From: Psilocybe cubensis
Taxonomy: Eukaryota
DNA: 64,000 nt
Assembly (NCBI GenBank): GCA_017499595.2
Contig: CM039009.1
Span: forward strand, 434,001 to 498,000
Reading direction: 5' to 3'
Shown in pieces: positions 36,801-48,776 of the stretch (within the stretch, counting starts at the first letter, position 1; the number at the start of each line of letters is the position of its first letter). The position numbers and the translations under genes were made by a program. The notes below the pieces were generated by a model. It searched no databases, had not been told where the DNA came from, and worked only from the letters and a program-made list of their open reading frames with translations.

Positions 36801-39276
36801 GTGGTCCCATCTCGATGGAGGGACAGCGGTGATAATATCCTCGCGCTGGTCAACGAGGGCTTGCCAGAAGCTCTCTGTGCTGTTGATATCTCCGGGTAAG
36901 CGGACTGCTTGGCCGACGATCACAATCTCTTCTTTGGGCTTGTTCAAAGGAACTACCCTCGTAGAAGGACGAGCCTTGGAAGAAGGCCCATCCATACCCA
37001 GATCGGAGATGATGGCTTTAATCAACGAGTCAAGGTCGATATGAGTGTGGCAGGTGTTCAAAGGCAAGCTGAGGTCGAGTTGGCGGTTCAGCTTGTTGAC
37101 AATCATCGTTGACATGGCAGAATCCATTCCAAGCTAAAGAATTATGAGTGTTTTGTGCTTAAATTTTTTTAAAAAAATGAACGAACTTCAGCGAAGGTGG
37201 CCTGGCTGTTGTTTTCCAAAGTCTCTTCAGTGATATGAAGAGTCTCGAAAACGATGCTCGAGACAATGCTAGCAATCTGATCCTTGGTCTTGCCTTCAGC
37301 ACGATTAGAAGAGGCCGATTTGGTTTCCGTCTGTGGGGCAATGCCTTCTGCGGACCGACTCAACAACGACGACAACTGTTCTCCGAACATCGCATCGAGT
37401 TTCTTGCGGAAGATGGCCCCCTTCTTTGTAACAGGGATTTGTTGGTCAGGGTTAAGAACCAAGACGCGAGCCCAGGAAATACGCAAAGGAGGGGCGAGCC
37501 CTCGGTTGGCAACAGAAATGGCACGGGTAATCTCAGAGAGACGGGCCTCAGGAGAGACGGATAAATCCTTGGCTGGCTCAATGATAGCACAGACAACTTG
37601 CGACGAGGTCTTCAGGAAATTGTTTCCAACAACACATGAACGAGCAATTGCTGGGCATTGGTCCAAGATAGCCTCTACCACGCGTGGGTCAAGAGTTTCT
37701 CCAGAGCTCATCTACAATACGAATTAGAATATGAATTGCGAGTGCAAAACAAAAACAAACCTGAATGTAATCTTCTTTGCGACCTTTCCACACTAAGCGT
37801 TGGTCGGCGACATAACCATAGATGTCGCCTGTGCGGAAAGAGACGGTACCGTCGTCCTCTACAGTGAAAGGCGAATTGTCATACTGAAGGTAACCCTTAG
37901 TGATGAAGCGACTTCTAATGACAAGCTCTCCTTCTGGTAAAAGCACGGTGATCAGAAAGTATCGAACCTAATGAAATTTATACCTACCAGTATCAGAAAC
38001 TTTGCCGTCTTCGTTGATGATGGAAAGGGTAGCATCGGAGAGGAGACAATCCTTGCTATACCATCCTTCGGTTCCATTGGTAGTGGAGTGGAACAGCGGA
38101 CCTGGTGACAGTGACAAGATTAGTTTCGTTTCGCATCAATACAATTAGAAAGCAAAAACTACCTCCTAGTTCCGTCATTCCAATATCAAGCACCAAAGGA
38201 ATCTGCAATTGGTTGGCCCACTCAATGCACTCAGCGCTGGTAGAAGCACCACCGGATCCAAAGACCTTGAAAGACTTGATGGCGTCGTGGATGCGAACCC
38301 TCCGAGCAGGATCGAGTTCGCCTTTGTATGTCCTCATGAATCCCTCTAGAACCCATGGAACGCCAGCGAAAGCAGTGGGCTTCATTTTGATAGCGGTCTC
38401 CAACAATTGACCGCAAACGTCGAGATACCTTGATGCCTTGCTTCCAGAAGAGGAGCCGTATGCAGAAGGAACGATGGAGAAAATATAACAACCACCGCTA
38501 AGAATCATGGCCGCACCGAGATCGTGCGAGAGGCCGATGACATGAGACCAAGGAGACCATCCAAGGACGCGCAGGTGCTCGAAGTTTTGCTGAGGCCATG
38601 TACGCTTCCACCACGAAAGGCGAGATTGAGATCCAGCGAGGACGCTTTGATGCGTTAATGGAACACACTTGACGTTATTTACAGAGGAGGCCGATGAGGT
38701 GTGGAGATACAAGGCGATATCTTCACCAGTAGGCGCAGGGAATGTGTGGGCAGACATCTCGGGGGATTGTTCAAGATACTTCTGCATAAGGGCTGTTATG
38801 GTCGAGTCCTTAGGGTCATATGGGAAAGGCGTGAGGGACATTTCTAAAGGCGAGATGAGAAAAACGCTTAACGCAATATGTATAGAATCATGCTAGAAAT
38901 GAATACCTTTCACAACATTCTGAACGCCCAGCTCAGTAGCTGGCATTAGGACACACGTAGGTGCGATATTGAGCAACATGCGTTCCATGATATCACGAGG
39001 AACGTTTTGGTCCAGTGGGGCAACTATGCCGCCAAGTTTCCAGATGGCAAGGATGGTGGCCAGCACGTAAGGATGGTTCTCGCTGATGATAGCAACAACT
39101 GGCTTCAAACCAAACTTTTGGTGGATGCCAAGGGCGATACCTGTGGAGACCGTGTCGAGCTCGCCATAGGTGCATTGTTCCTCGCCACACTCGACGGCCT
39201 TGCGGTCGACATCGCGAGAGCGGGCGATGGCAATAAACGCGTCTAAGAGGGTTTTGTTGTTGAGAGAAGAGTCCAT
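30882..39276 (-). CDS. Hispidin-synthase-like NRPS-PKS hybrid, A-ACP-KS-AT-DH-KR-ACP
   Basis: A domain: YLHTSSASS..KCVPLTH, GMTE, GELVIRS, FRTGD, PVTKKGAIFRK. ACP: ELGMDS. KS: DTACSSG, ESHGTG, KSCVGHAE. AT: FPGQGSQ, GHSLGE, GFHSP. DH: HKIEGRRVLPG, DACLH. KR: GLGSIG, HAAAVVND, YVSAN. Terminal ACP: GADS. The N-terminus (TLLDAF..VECGE..TYGELDTVS...VAIISENHPY) closely resembles HispS of luminous fungi as I recall it. Confidence 0.9.
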
Positions 39277-40584
39277 AATGGTTTAAAGAATAAAATAGGA
39301 AGTGAAAGTGAAAGCGACTGTGGAAGTTGCTTGAAGGAAGGAAAGAAGGGCGTTCCCAGTATTTAAACTATCAGGGGGGGCTGACAATATTTTTGTTTGT
39401 TTTCCTAGCTCTGGCGAGGTCAGATCGATTCCAAACGGGACGGGTCGATCATAAGGACTGCAGTAGATCGATACCCCTCAGCGGGAGGCTGACGGACATA
39501 GTTCCACAATCAGTATTTTTGACGCCCAGCATTTTAATGTCACATACAAGATATATTTGCAGTATACAGCTAAATCTGTTCTTCGTATGCATATAGATCA
39601 TATGCATGTGTAAAGGGTCTGGCAAGTACGCTTTTGGCACTGTTTTGTAATAAAGCTTTGAAGACGGGTCGCGCATAAGGTGGCTATCCTGCACGATGAT
39701 CAGACAGGGAATAAATCGCCGAGACGTTACAGGAGCCAGCCAAACTCGAGCGTTGGATTTCGCTGATTCTTGCCCAGACTGCTTCGCTTTGCCATGTGCG
39801 CCAACGATGGATATTACTCAAGAATAACTAATCCAAGAGTCAATGACACTTTAAGTAGTCTTCTTGCGACGATAATTGATTTTTCAGCATGGTGCGATCG
39901 TTGCGAAGCAAAAAAAATCACTAGCATGCTTTTGACGTGCATTCCAGTTTTCGACAAGGTTGTGGTAAGTTCTTCAACCAGTTGTCCAACCCATTAGAAA
40001 GATCACAGAATTTGAATACCAGAAGATTCATAAAGGTGAGGATCACAGGTTCAGGTCAGGTACAGAAGTCAGCAAGCAATAAACTGGGCATGGAGGTGAT
40101 CCTGGGCTAAGGAACTGTTGATTGGAAGAGTCGCAGGTAGTAAGAGGTTTGGCTCTCTTCCGACAGTCACGATTACGTGTAGAGTAACTAGAATTACGTA
40201 AGCAAACATCGAGTGATCATCCCCACAGCACTCAAAAACTCAAGACTCAATGACAACTCACTTAACTCAGACCTGAAGTAATTTACAGAGGTTGTCACCG
40301 ATCTTCTGTCTTTGTAGTTCTTTGTAGCAGAATTTAGTTTGTCTACGCTAGACTTGGAGGTTGTCAATGACAAAAGGTTGGTTCTCAGGTCGTGGTTAGT
40401 TACTTTGGAATCACTGGCAGTTGTTTGTATCCCGCTCTTATTTTAGTAGGTACATTCCGATACTAGGTCTCATGGGCGGTAGAAAAACGCAGTCGACGGC
40501 GTCACTTACGTTACCGTGGATTCCAATTATGTTGGAGGCTTGTTTTGATTTCGATGTACAACGGTAGCATCAACTTTGAGGAGG

Positions 40585-43500
40585 CTACAGACTAAAAATA
40601 CCGGCTTCGCGCTTGCGACTCTGTATTGGATGCACCAGAACCAACGACAGGCCCAATCCAATAGTCAGACCAATAGCCACCGACACCAGTTTCAGCGCCG
40701 TTCTGAAGCCGGAAAGATAAGAATTTGCAGATCCACCTGCTTGCTCAGATGCATAACTAAGAAGACCCCCACTTCCCAAACCGGACGGTAACTGGAACAA
40801 TATGCCCGTAATCTGCATAACATGGATCGCTCAGTAGTAAGTTTTCCATTTTATACCACATCTAGAGAAGGTAAAATAGACAGACCATGACGACGAAGGC
40901 ATTCCCCGAAAAGAACCTTGCATAGGCATTTGCTATGAAGCCGACGGCAAAGGCCCTGTTGATCGCAAAGTGTATGAAGATCCGTTAGGGTGTAAGGAGG
41001 GCTGATAAGACTAACCCAACAGCGGCGATGATATCGCCCTGTCCGACGTATCGTCGACCGGTAAAATAGTTCGTAACCCAGCCTGCACTTGCTATTGCCA
41101 CGAGAAGGATCTGGAAATCGAAATCGAAAAGAACGTCAGATAAAAAGTTTGGGTAATGAAATTGAAAAGACGTACGATCTCCTTCCGATTATATGGAGCT
41201 TGATTCCGCAGGCTCAGGAAAAACGAAAACATTGGCACAGTTAAGAAGGCTAGTGATTGTCATCAGGCCCCAGTAATTTGGGCATGCAAAATGAATTTAG
41301 GCTTACCCCACCATTTACTGGGCGTTCTTTGATACCATGGTCCAGATGGGTCATGAGTCAATTCGCACATGAAATCCTCTGCCCCATATACTGCATGCTT
41401 GGTAAATAGCTCAAACAGACCTGCCCCGATCGAGAAACCAAACCCAAGAAAAAGGGCATAGACAACAGCGAATAATAAGCGGACAGAGCCCGGTATAATT
41501 TGCCTTGACATGAGCTCCAGGGCACCGCTGAGAACAAGAAACCCCTTGGTAGAACTGATAAGAAACAAAGTAAAGCTCTGGGGATGATAATACTGACAGG
41601 TAGGATAAGCACCACCGAACTCGAGGTAATGGCAGAATAACAAAGGGTATGCGTGGCCGCCAACGACGCCGAAATAAAGCTAAACAAGGTCGTGATTGTG
41701 ACCCTGCCAATGTGCTTCTTAGTCAACAATTGACGCGTTAAGTGAACAGATACGTACTCAAACACATAACTATAGAGGGTATTCCGAGAACCCAAGATTT
41801 GCACGACAACTAGAATGGCTCCTAAAGGAAATGAAGCCAGCGCATCGATGAAACTGCCAGCAAAGCTGATAGTACAGATGGACGCTGAACACATGCCACC
41901 TATCACAACTTGTTGCCACCAATTATACATCGGTCGCTTCTTCATCAATGCATCCAGCTCACTGGAAGCATCCGATACCGAAAGTTTGTCGTGAATGACC
42001 TTCCAGTAGAGCGAAAACGCGTCAGCCAACTTGCCGAGGTCGAGTGCACTGGTTTGTCTAATGAATCTGACGTGACTTGTCCCAGTTCCACTGTCATCAA
42101 AACTGAGCAAAACGATATCCGGCAGGTACAGAAAACTGAGTTGAACGTCGAGCACACGCGCTGCCGACATAATTTGCGACTGCAGCCGATGGGTTGGACC
42201 GCCAAACATCATCATAGTACGGGTAAGCTTCATGATGAATTCCTCACGTCGAATAATGTGAGCGATGTGCCGTGTAATCTATTACAAGTCAGCGAATGAT
42301 TGACAATAGAAAGTTTTCCTATAATTACAAAAATTTCGGCCTTTTTTCTTTTGTGGGGTTTACGGCGAGGAGAACCCATGTCTGTATCCGATCCGTATGG
42401 CGTGCTTGTCCTTGGCGTACTATGACCAGATATTCCAGAGCGAATAGAACTAACGTATCCTCCAAAGGCATTCGAAAGGTTCATCTTATGCCCTCCTTTA
42501 TAAAAAGGATGGCTCTCAGTCGGAGATATTGGAGGAGTTGTGTGCAATTCCAGTGAGGATCGGGGATGTCTGTGCACGTCTGACTGCCCGCTACTGTGCC
42601 TTCTTTTTGCCATTGGAGGAGGATTCGGATACTTTGGTTCCAGAGAGTACCTACATGTGAATGAGCCCCAGTTATAATCGACAACCTAAAGTTCGTGGAT
42701 GAAATGCGCATACCTCGATAATTTATATCCTGGACGTTTAACATTTGGCTGGAGTTGACTCGCTTGTGGAGCAGCGACGCCAGCCAAATTGCCCGCGCTA
42801 ACAATCAGAGGACCAAAAACGCCAGCTCCGCTCCTAGCTGTCGACGGCCGCGTGGTGCGCCCAAACATGGAGGGCATTTTGACCTTGGGCCTGCTATAGA
42901 CTTTACGATCTACAAAAAATGAACCAAAAGTCAGTAATGGGGTAGAATCCCGACATAAATCAAAATAAATAACCTTGCGGAAGCAGATCAGACGATTCAA
43001 CCTCACTTCCACTGTGTCCGGAATCGCTTTCCAGAGAGGAGCGGGAGGAAAAGAGCGAGCGAGCGCTACTTGGATACTGATAAAGGTTTAGCACTGTTGA
43101 GAGAATCCCCTTTCCGTGGACTGAAGAATCGTCTGGATGTCTTTCGGCATCTTTTTCGAAAATATCGTGTGGCTGATGTTCCACTGTTGGGCGCCGCCCT
43201 GTTAAGGAATGCGAGCGTGAACGTTTCCCTATATGTTTCTTCACAACTTGCTCAGCTTGTTTCATCGAAAATTGGCGTAAATCTTTAGTGCCCGGTAGAC
43301 CAGAATCTTCATCTTCATCGATAATATTTCCAGGGACATCATGTGTAGGGCTTGCTTCCGAAGGTGTAGGAGGGTAATTAATGAATCTGTTCGGAGGGGT
43401 GTTGGGGTAATGCCTTCGACCTTTGATCTCTGGTTCGCTCTCCGATGGTGAAATGCTTGACACTTCGGCTTCATTGTCAGTATCAGAGGTTGACGTGGTT

Positions 43501-43784
43501 GATTGTGGAGAATAGTAATGAACTTTTTTCAAAGGTGTGCCCTTGTCACGGTGACGTTCTAACGCATCTGTCAACTCTTGGAACCTCTCTCTCTACGAAG
43601 CAGATTCAGAGAACGTAAAGATTTCCGAGTACGAACGTACATCAAGGCCCTGCTCGTCGAGAGCATGTGTGGATGAATCTTCTTCAGCATCTGGCCACTG
43701 TACTTTCCGTGGAGTCTTTGAACCATGTCTACCCGAAGACCTAGAAAGGCCGCCATGCCTTTCATTGCGATTTTCTTGGTCCAT
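40585..43784 (-). CDS. Prm10-like / ThrE-family (DUF1212) membrane protein
   Basis: Motifs FIMKLTRTMMMFGGPTHRLQSQI, LDLGKL, FAGSFID, SSVVLILP..GALEL..GSVRL, and C-terminal VSVAIGLTIGL..IFSL. A long disordered N-terminus precedes about ten TM segments. Confidence 0.85.
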
Positions 43785-44921
43785 TGTGATGCTTGACGAT
43801 GGCCAGAACACAAGTAGGCGTCAGATAGTGACTAAACCATGGCCTGTTTCAGTTCCTCGTCATCGAAACCCAAGTAATTCCCGGATGGAGCCAAATCGAA
43901 TTGTCTGTCAAAGGTTTACACGGCACAATGCAACCTTCAAACAACGCATGTCGATTCTAGTTGGTTGTGTAAAATGTGGAAATCGAAAGAACTGTGACGT
44001 AAAGTTTATGTGATGAATTGGCATGATCACGATTCACGAAGCGGGACGAAGCGGAAACCTTGTAAACCAACCAACTACCAACAACCATCCTACATGACCT
44101 TTCAAATGCTTGACTGCTTCATCGAAGTAATTCCTCCTTCAAAGCTCACATTGAATATGGTGCAAACCATGTATTCCCTGAACAAAACAAAACACAATAC
44201 AACTCATTGCTACTGGTGCAAATAGTGTTCTACCATATGGTAATGGACGAGGGGCTCGAACGAACATCGATCTCAGCTTTTATCAGTATCAATTTCGTCT
44301 TTCTATCTTCGGGCCCAAGGCAATCACCAATGTGGTTGATCATCTCACTGATCGTGAACTACAACCCTGGCTCTTTTTCTTGCAAAAGCAATAGAGTCTA
44401 TCCTCCAAGCTAAAACTTATGGCGATCCTAAATCTGTTCCAGTTTTTCAGTGGATTAGCAGACACACTCACCTAACGGATCGAATTCCAGGACATCTCGA
44501 AGTAACCGGATTACGATCTCGGAGACTGTTTTGGTATAAACTGCTCTATCGGGGTTTTCTATGGTGTCGACGCTGATGCGAAATTTACGTGGCACAAGGG
44601 ATCCTGAGCATACGCCGACACTTCTACAAATCCTTCGGTGTTGATATCAGCTATGACTTACACTACTTCGTGCCTGAACATAACCTCCAATATTAACGAG
44701 ATTTCTATCTCGTTCTCCATCGTGTTGTGACGGCGGCATCCTAATAGGGAATGCCGAGCATATCCGGCATGGACGTGCCGGAGCGACACAGTTTTCTATC
44801 GCTTTCCACAAGTTTCGTATTTGATATTTCTCTCATTATTCTATCTATGACGTATGTACTACAGTAAGGTATATAAGCAGTAGGTAGAGTAGGTAGAAGG
44901 ACAGAGCTTGAATAGACCACT

Positions 44922-47900
44922 TTATCCAGTCATTTGAGCTTCGACAGTGTGCCGGGACCCGTGTGAATAACGCGCCCCGTCACACGTGTGGACCAAGGTA
45001 TTTGACATCTGTAAATTGTCGGTCGAATTTGACTTCCATGGACCAAATCGGAGGGCGGTGGCAGGAAGATTTTTAGTTAGTTGATGCGCCAAGAGGACCT
45101 CATGAAATGGTGGCCAGCAACGTATGCGATTTCTACTTGACTCAGCAACGAGATGATACAAACTGACGAGAAACAAAAGCGCATTTCTGTTGTGGATTTT
45201 CCGCTCCTTAGACTGCTGAACAAGTGATTAATTTCAACGACGGCAAACTCCTCACCAACCAGATCAAGATTTCATGCACCCGCTACCTTCGGACAAAGCA
45301 CGCGCTCGAAGCATTCCATTTCAACACTGGGAGTGGTGGGACTCGGAAATTATAACTGCGGTGTGGATAATGTTCGCAATAGGCCCATATTGATGTTGTA
45401 TCTCAACGAAGCACTTCCGCAATGACTACAACTCATAGGCATCGGCCTTCAGGTAAGTTATTTCCCCTTCGATGGATAGCCTGCCAATCGCTTTGAGAAT
45501 CTGTATCAACTGATATCTGAGTATAACGGTTTTAGCCTGGCTTATCTATCTTTATCTGTTCCGCTCACCTCTCAATCTTCAATAGCTCCTCGCTCAACGA
45601 ATATAATTCATGGACTCCCATTTGAAGCTAAAAGATGTTATCGGAAAGCATGTCAAGTGTCCACATATGCGTATGCAGGCCCGTTTCAGAGCGAATACGC
45701 AAAACATGCCTTGAACAGTGAGTGCTCCTGTGGATGGCAAAGGGGGTTGGGTCACATTGAAGAGAAACTGGAGTTTTTAAGATCGGTAATAAAACAAAAG
45801 CTGACAAGATATGAGTTGGGACCCGGAGAGGGAAAGAACATCGAAGGCAATGGGCATAACGTATCATTGACGTTGGACATGGCAAGGTAATGAGATGACA
45901 GCGACAAATTTGAAACATAAAGTCGTGGAAAGACGCTAGCGAGAAAAAACTTCCTTGAAAGAGATTATGTGTTGTCGCCCAACCACAGTCCCGAAGACAT
46001 GAATGCAGCAGCCGATTTTGCGAATCCTATTGTGCACTGGGAAATGTGTAGGCTTGATGGTTAGGTTAGATTAGGATATGTGCATGCCTTTTCCAGATCC
46101 AGATATTCCGAATGTTACGGAACAAAGGAATAAAATGAACAGCTATATAGATCCTATAAACCTCGTCGTGAAAGTTGGAGTACTCAGGCTCAGGAGGCTG
46201 ATCGCTGGTGGACTTCCGCAGCGGAAGACTTGCCTTGAAAAATAGGACGCCCTTGAGCAGACATGAGTAGTCGCGCTATTGCCCGAAATGAAGAATCTTC
46301 CGCTAGTATCAATTTCGCCGCTGATGTGGAAATGCGGCGACGATTCGCGAGAGGCGAATGGAGAGTTACGGTTTTGAATGGACCGACTCGACTTGACTCT
46401 TGTGGCAAATAAATCTATTAGACCTGCACCAGGCACGACCCGGGGACGCTCGATTCGATGGTCTACTAGCGCATAGTAAAGAGCTTGATCCACCTGAAAC
46501 TGCACGATCCGCCTCGAAGTACATGAAAATTGTTCGACGTCGACTTTGCCACTGTTCCTATGGCGTGAGTCTCGAAGTGATGCTATCTGGATCGTGGCGT
46601 TGTCTTTGGAAAGAATAGTTGGAAGTTAGGTTCGATTATTCTGTAGAGAGCACCCGATAAATAGGTTGTCAAATTTGATCGTAGAGCCATGTTCAAATAG
46701 AGAAAGAATTGCTCTGAGAATTCTTTCTCGCATTGTGTAGTGTACTTCTTTCTGAATGCAGGTTTCAAAGCGTCAAAAAGTGTGTTCTGAAAATCAAAAT
46801 GCTGGGGTACAATAATGCGACAGCAGGCCATGTAGAAAATTTAATGAAATCTTAGAACCATGCACTGCAGAAAAATGTGAGGCAAAAGAAATTTGGCTGA
46901 TGTTGGTTAACCCATTCTTTGTTGTTGCAATGAAACACTAAGAAAAATGAAAATCAAATTGCATAAAAGAAAAGAAAAGACTACAGATCTAACTTGAGTT
47001 ACGTTGAGACGATATGATTGGGGTTTATCCTGCAGTAATTCTGGTGACAAAATGAACCGATGATTCTCGAGGCAGGTAATAGGTCATACATGTCGCCAGC
47101 GTGTCTACAATCCTGGCCAATGGCTTGGAGAAGATTTATGGGGCCTGCAGTCACGGCCCCCGTGCGGCCAATACACATCTTCATTTTCATTTATTACCTG
47201 AATCTCGATTAAATATCCAAGAGTAGTTCCTAGTCAAGACCAATTTCAGCAATGCTCCTTTAATCACGGATGGGCCCTTCGTTGTTTAATTTGCGCTCTT
47301 GATTTGGAATGGATGTAAATGAGCCTGGCAAAGCCAACTTTTGGGGCCACCAACCCCTGGATTTTTTCCTTAGCATCACGTCAGTTGATTTAACCATAAC
47401 TAAAGTCGTATCGCCGTCCCAAATGACCGAATGACAGCACTGTTTGATTTGAGGATAAACGAGACGGAAGCTTCAGTAGGGACGTATCTGGAAAACTTGG
47501 GCAACATTAGCTTAGCCGTAAATTACTAAATTTTTTACCGGATTCAGCATCGCGAATTCAACGATACCATTTGTGTGCTGACAAAAAACTTGGTTTGATG
47601 TCGAGATGATGAGAAGATTTCCAGAAACTAATCCAAATGTCCCTGGCCTTCGGCTGAAAAAAGTCAGAGAATGCTAAAAGCACCCACTCGGTAGTTGAAC
47701 ACTTACAAGACCTCGTGTTCACCACAGTGACAATGGTTATCCCCTGACTGGATATGCTTATCAACTATGAAGAAAAGATTAAAGGACTTCAAGAGCCAAA
47801 ATTTTAACGGACATCTTTTTAGCCAATTGCCACCAATACAACAGAAAAAATAGTGTAGTAAGGCGGCAGGCTTACACCAGCTGCAAGCAGTATCGATTGC

Positions 47901-48090
47901 CAAAGGTGACCTCTGTATGTCCAAAAGGCTCAATGAATGAGACCAGCCCAATGCCACAGCATTCAAATATGAAACGAGACATATAGCAATCGCGCTAATC
48001 GTTACGTGAAATGTGATGTTTATCCTTCAAAAATTCAGGCGCCTTTTGAAGTAGAGTACGAAGCATGAAATGAATGATTTGTTAAAGCAC
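44922..48090 (-). pseudogene. Heavily decayed paralogue of the neighbouring HispS-like PKS (KS, DH and KR remnants)
   Basis: Collinear fragments, relic vs intact gene: LLDIQRSPLAIDTACS vs LLDIHGPSITIDTACS; FLSAHK vs FLSAQK; YVPTEAS..ILK vs YVPSEAA..ILK; KMCIGR vs KSCVGH; VDQAL..DHRIERPRVVPGAGLIDLFA vs VDQAL..HKIEGRRVLPGAAMVDFFA; HNRIRKIGCCIHVFG vs HDRIRKLDACLHMFG; RSETGL...WTLD vs RRESGL...WCLD; NIIHTA vs NIIHAA; LPATALRFGPWKS vs LPGTSLQLGAWES. Many stops and frameshifts. Confidence 0.85.
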
Positions 48091-48105
48091 CATTTCGAAA
48101 TTGTC

Positions 48106-48177
48106 ACACCGATGGTGAAGCGGTTATCATGCTTGCCTTCCAAGCAAGCGGCAGGGGTTCGACTCCCCTTCGGTGTA
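48106..48177 (+). tRNA. tRNA-Gly (anticodon TCC), intronless
   Basis: Acceptor stem ACACCGA/TCGGTGT plus discriminator A; D arm GTGA..TCAT; anticodon arm CTTGC-CTTCCAA-GCAAG; T arm AGGGG-TTCGACT-CCCCT; 72 nt. Confidence 0.95.
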
Positions 48178-48181
48178 TTTT
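48178..48181 (+). terminator. Pol III oligo-T terminator of the tRNA
   Basis: TTTT immediately after the discriminator base. Confidence 0.55.
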
Positions 48182-48776
48182 AGGTTTCTCCTTTTTCGTA
48201 TTAAGACGATCACTGAAAGTGAGAAGTACTAGGTCACATTTTAACCACAAAAGTTAACTTACATTTCATACAGGTTTACGAATTGGAATCGCTGCCATTA
48301 CCTCTGAATTGAAGGTATCCCAACTCCATGAAATTGCTCAATGCACCCAAACTCGGTCAAACGTCTAACAGGGTGTTTATGCAGCTTAACTAATGCAACC
48401 GTTGTCTCCTGAATGTGATCTTCATAATAGTTAGAGAATGACAATAAGTCTAACGTGTAATGAAGGTGAGTTGTTCATGTAAAGTGTTGGTTGTTACAAT
48501 GTTTGTAAGTTTGGCGCTTAACTATGTTGATTACGTAAGAACAAGTGATGTCGGAGCGCTGACCGGGGCAATTCGGGAAATCGAAACTCTTTCGTTTGTT
48601 CCTCACACAAATCTTCTGTGTCCAATCGATGGCTCCTGTATCATCTTATATCATCCATTTTTTGCAACCAGTCATGGAAACCTTTTCGGTACCGTACCGT
48701 GTGACCTGAAATTGGCAATTTGCTGGTGGACGTTTCTGGCCACATATATGTCCCTCCGTTCCGTATCATACCATCC

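Noticed and set aside
30882-39276. Fungal bioluminescence (luz-h3h-hisps-cph) cluster
   Set aside because: No luciferase, hispidin-3-hydroxylase or caffeoylpyruvate hydrolase is recognisable nearby, and this synthase retains DH and KR.
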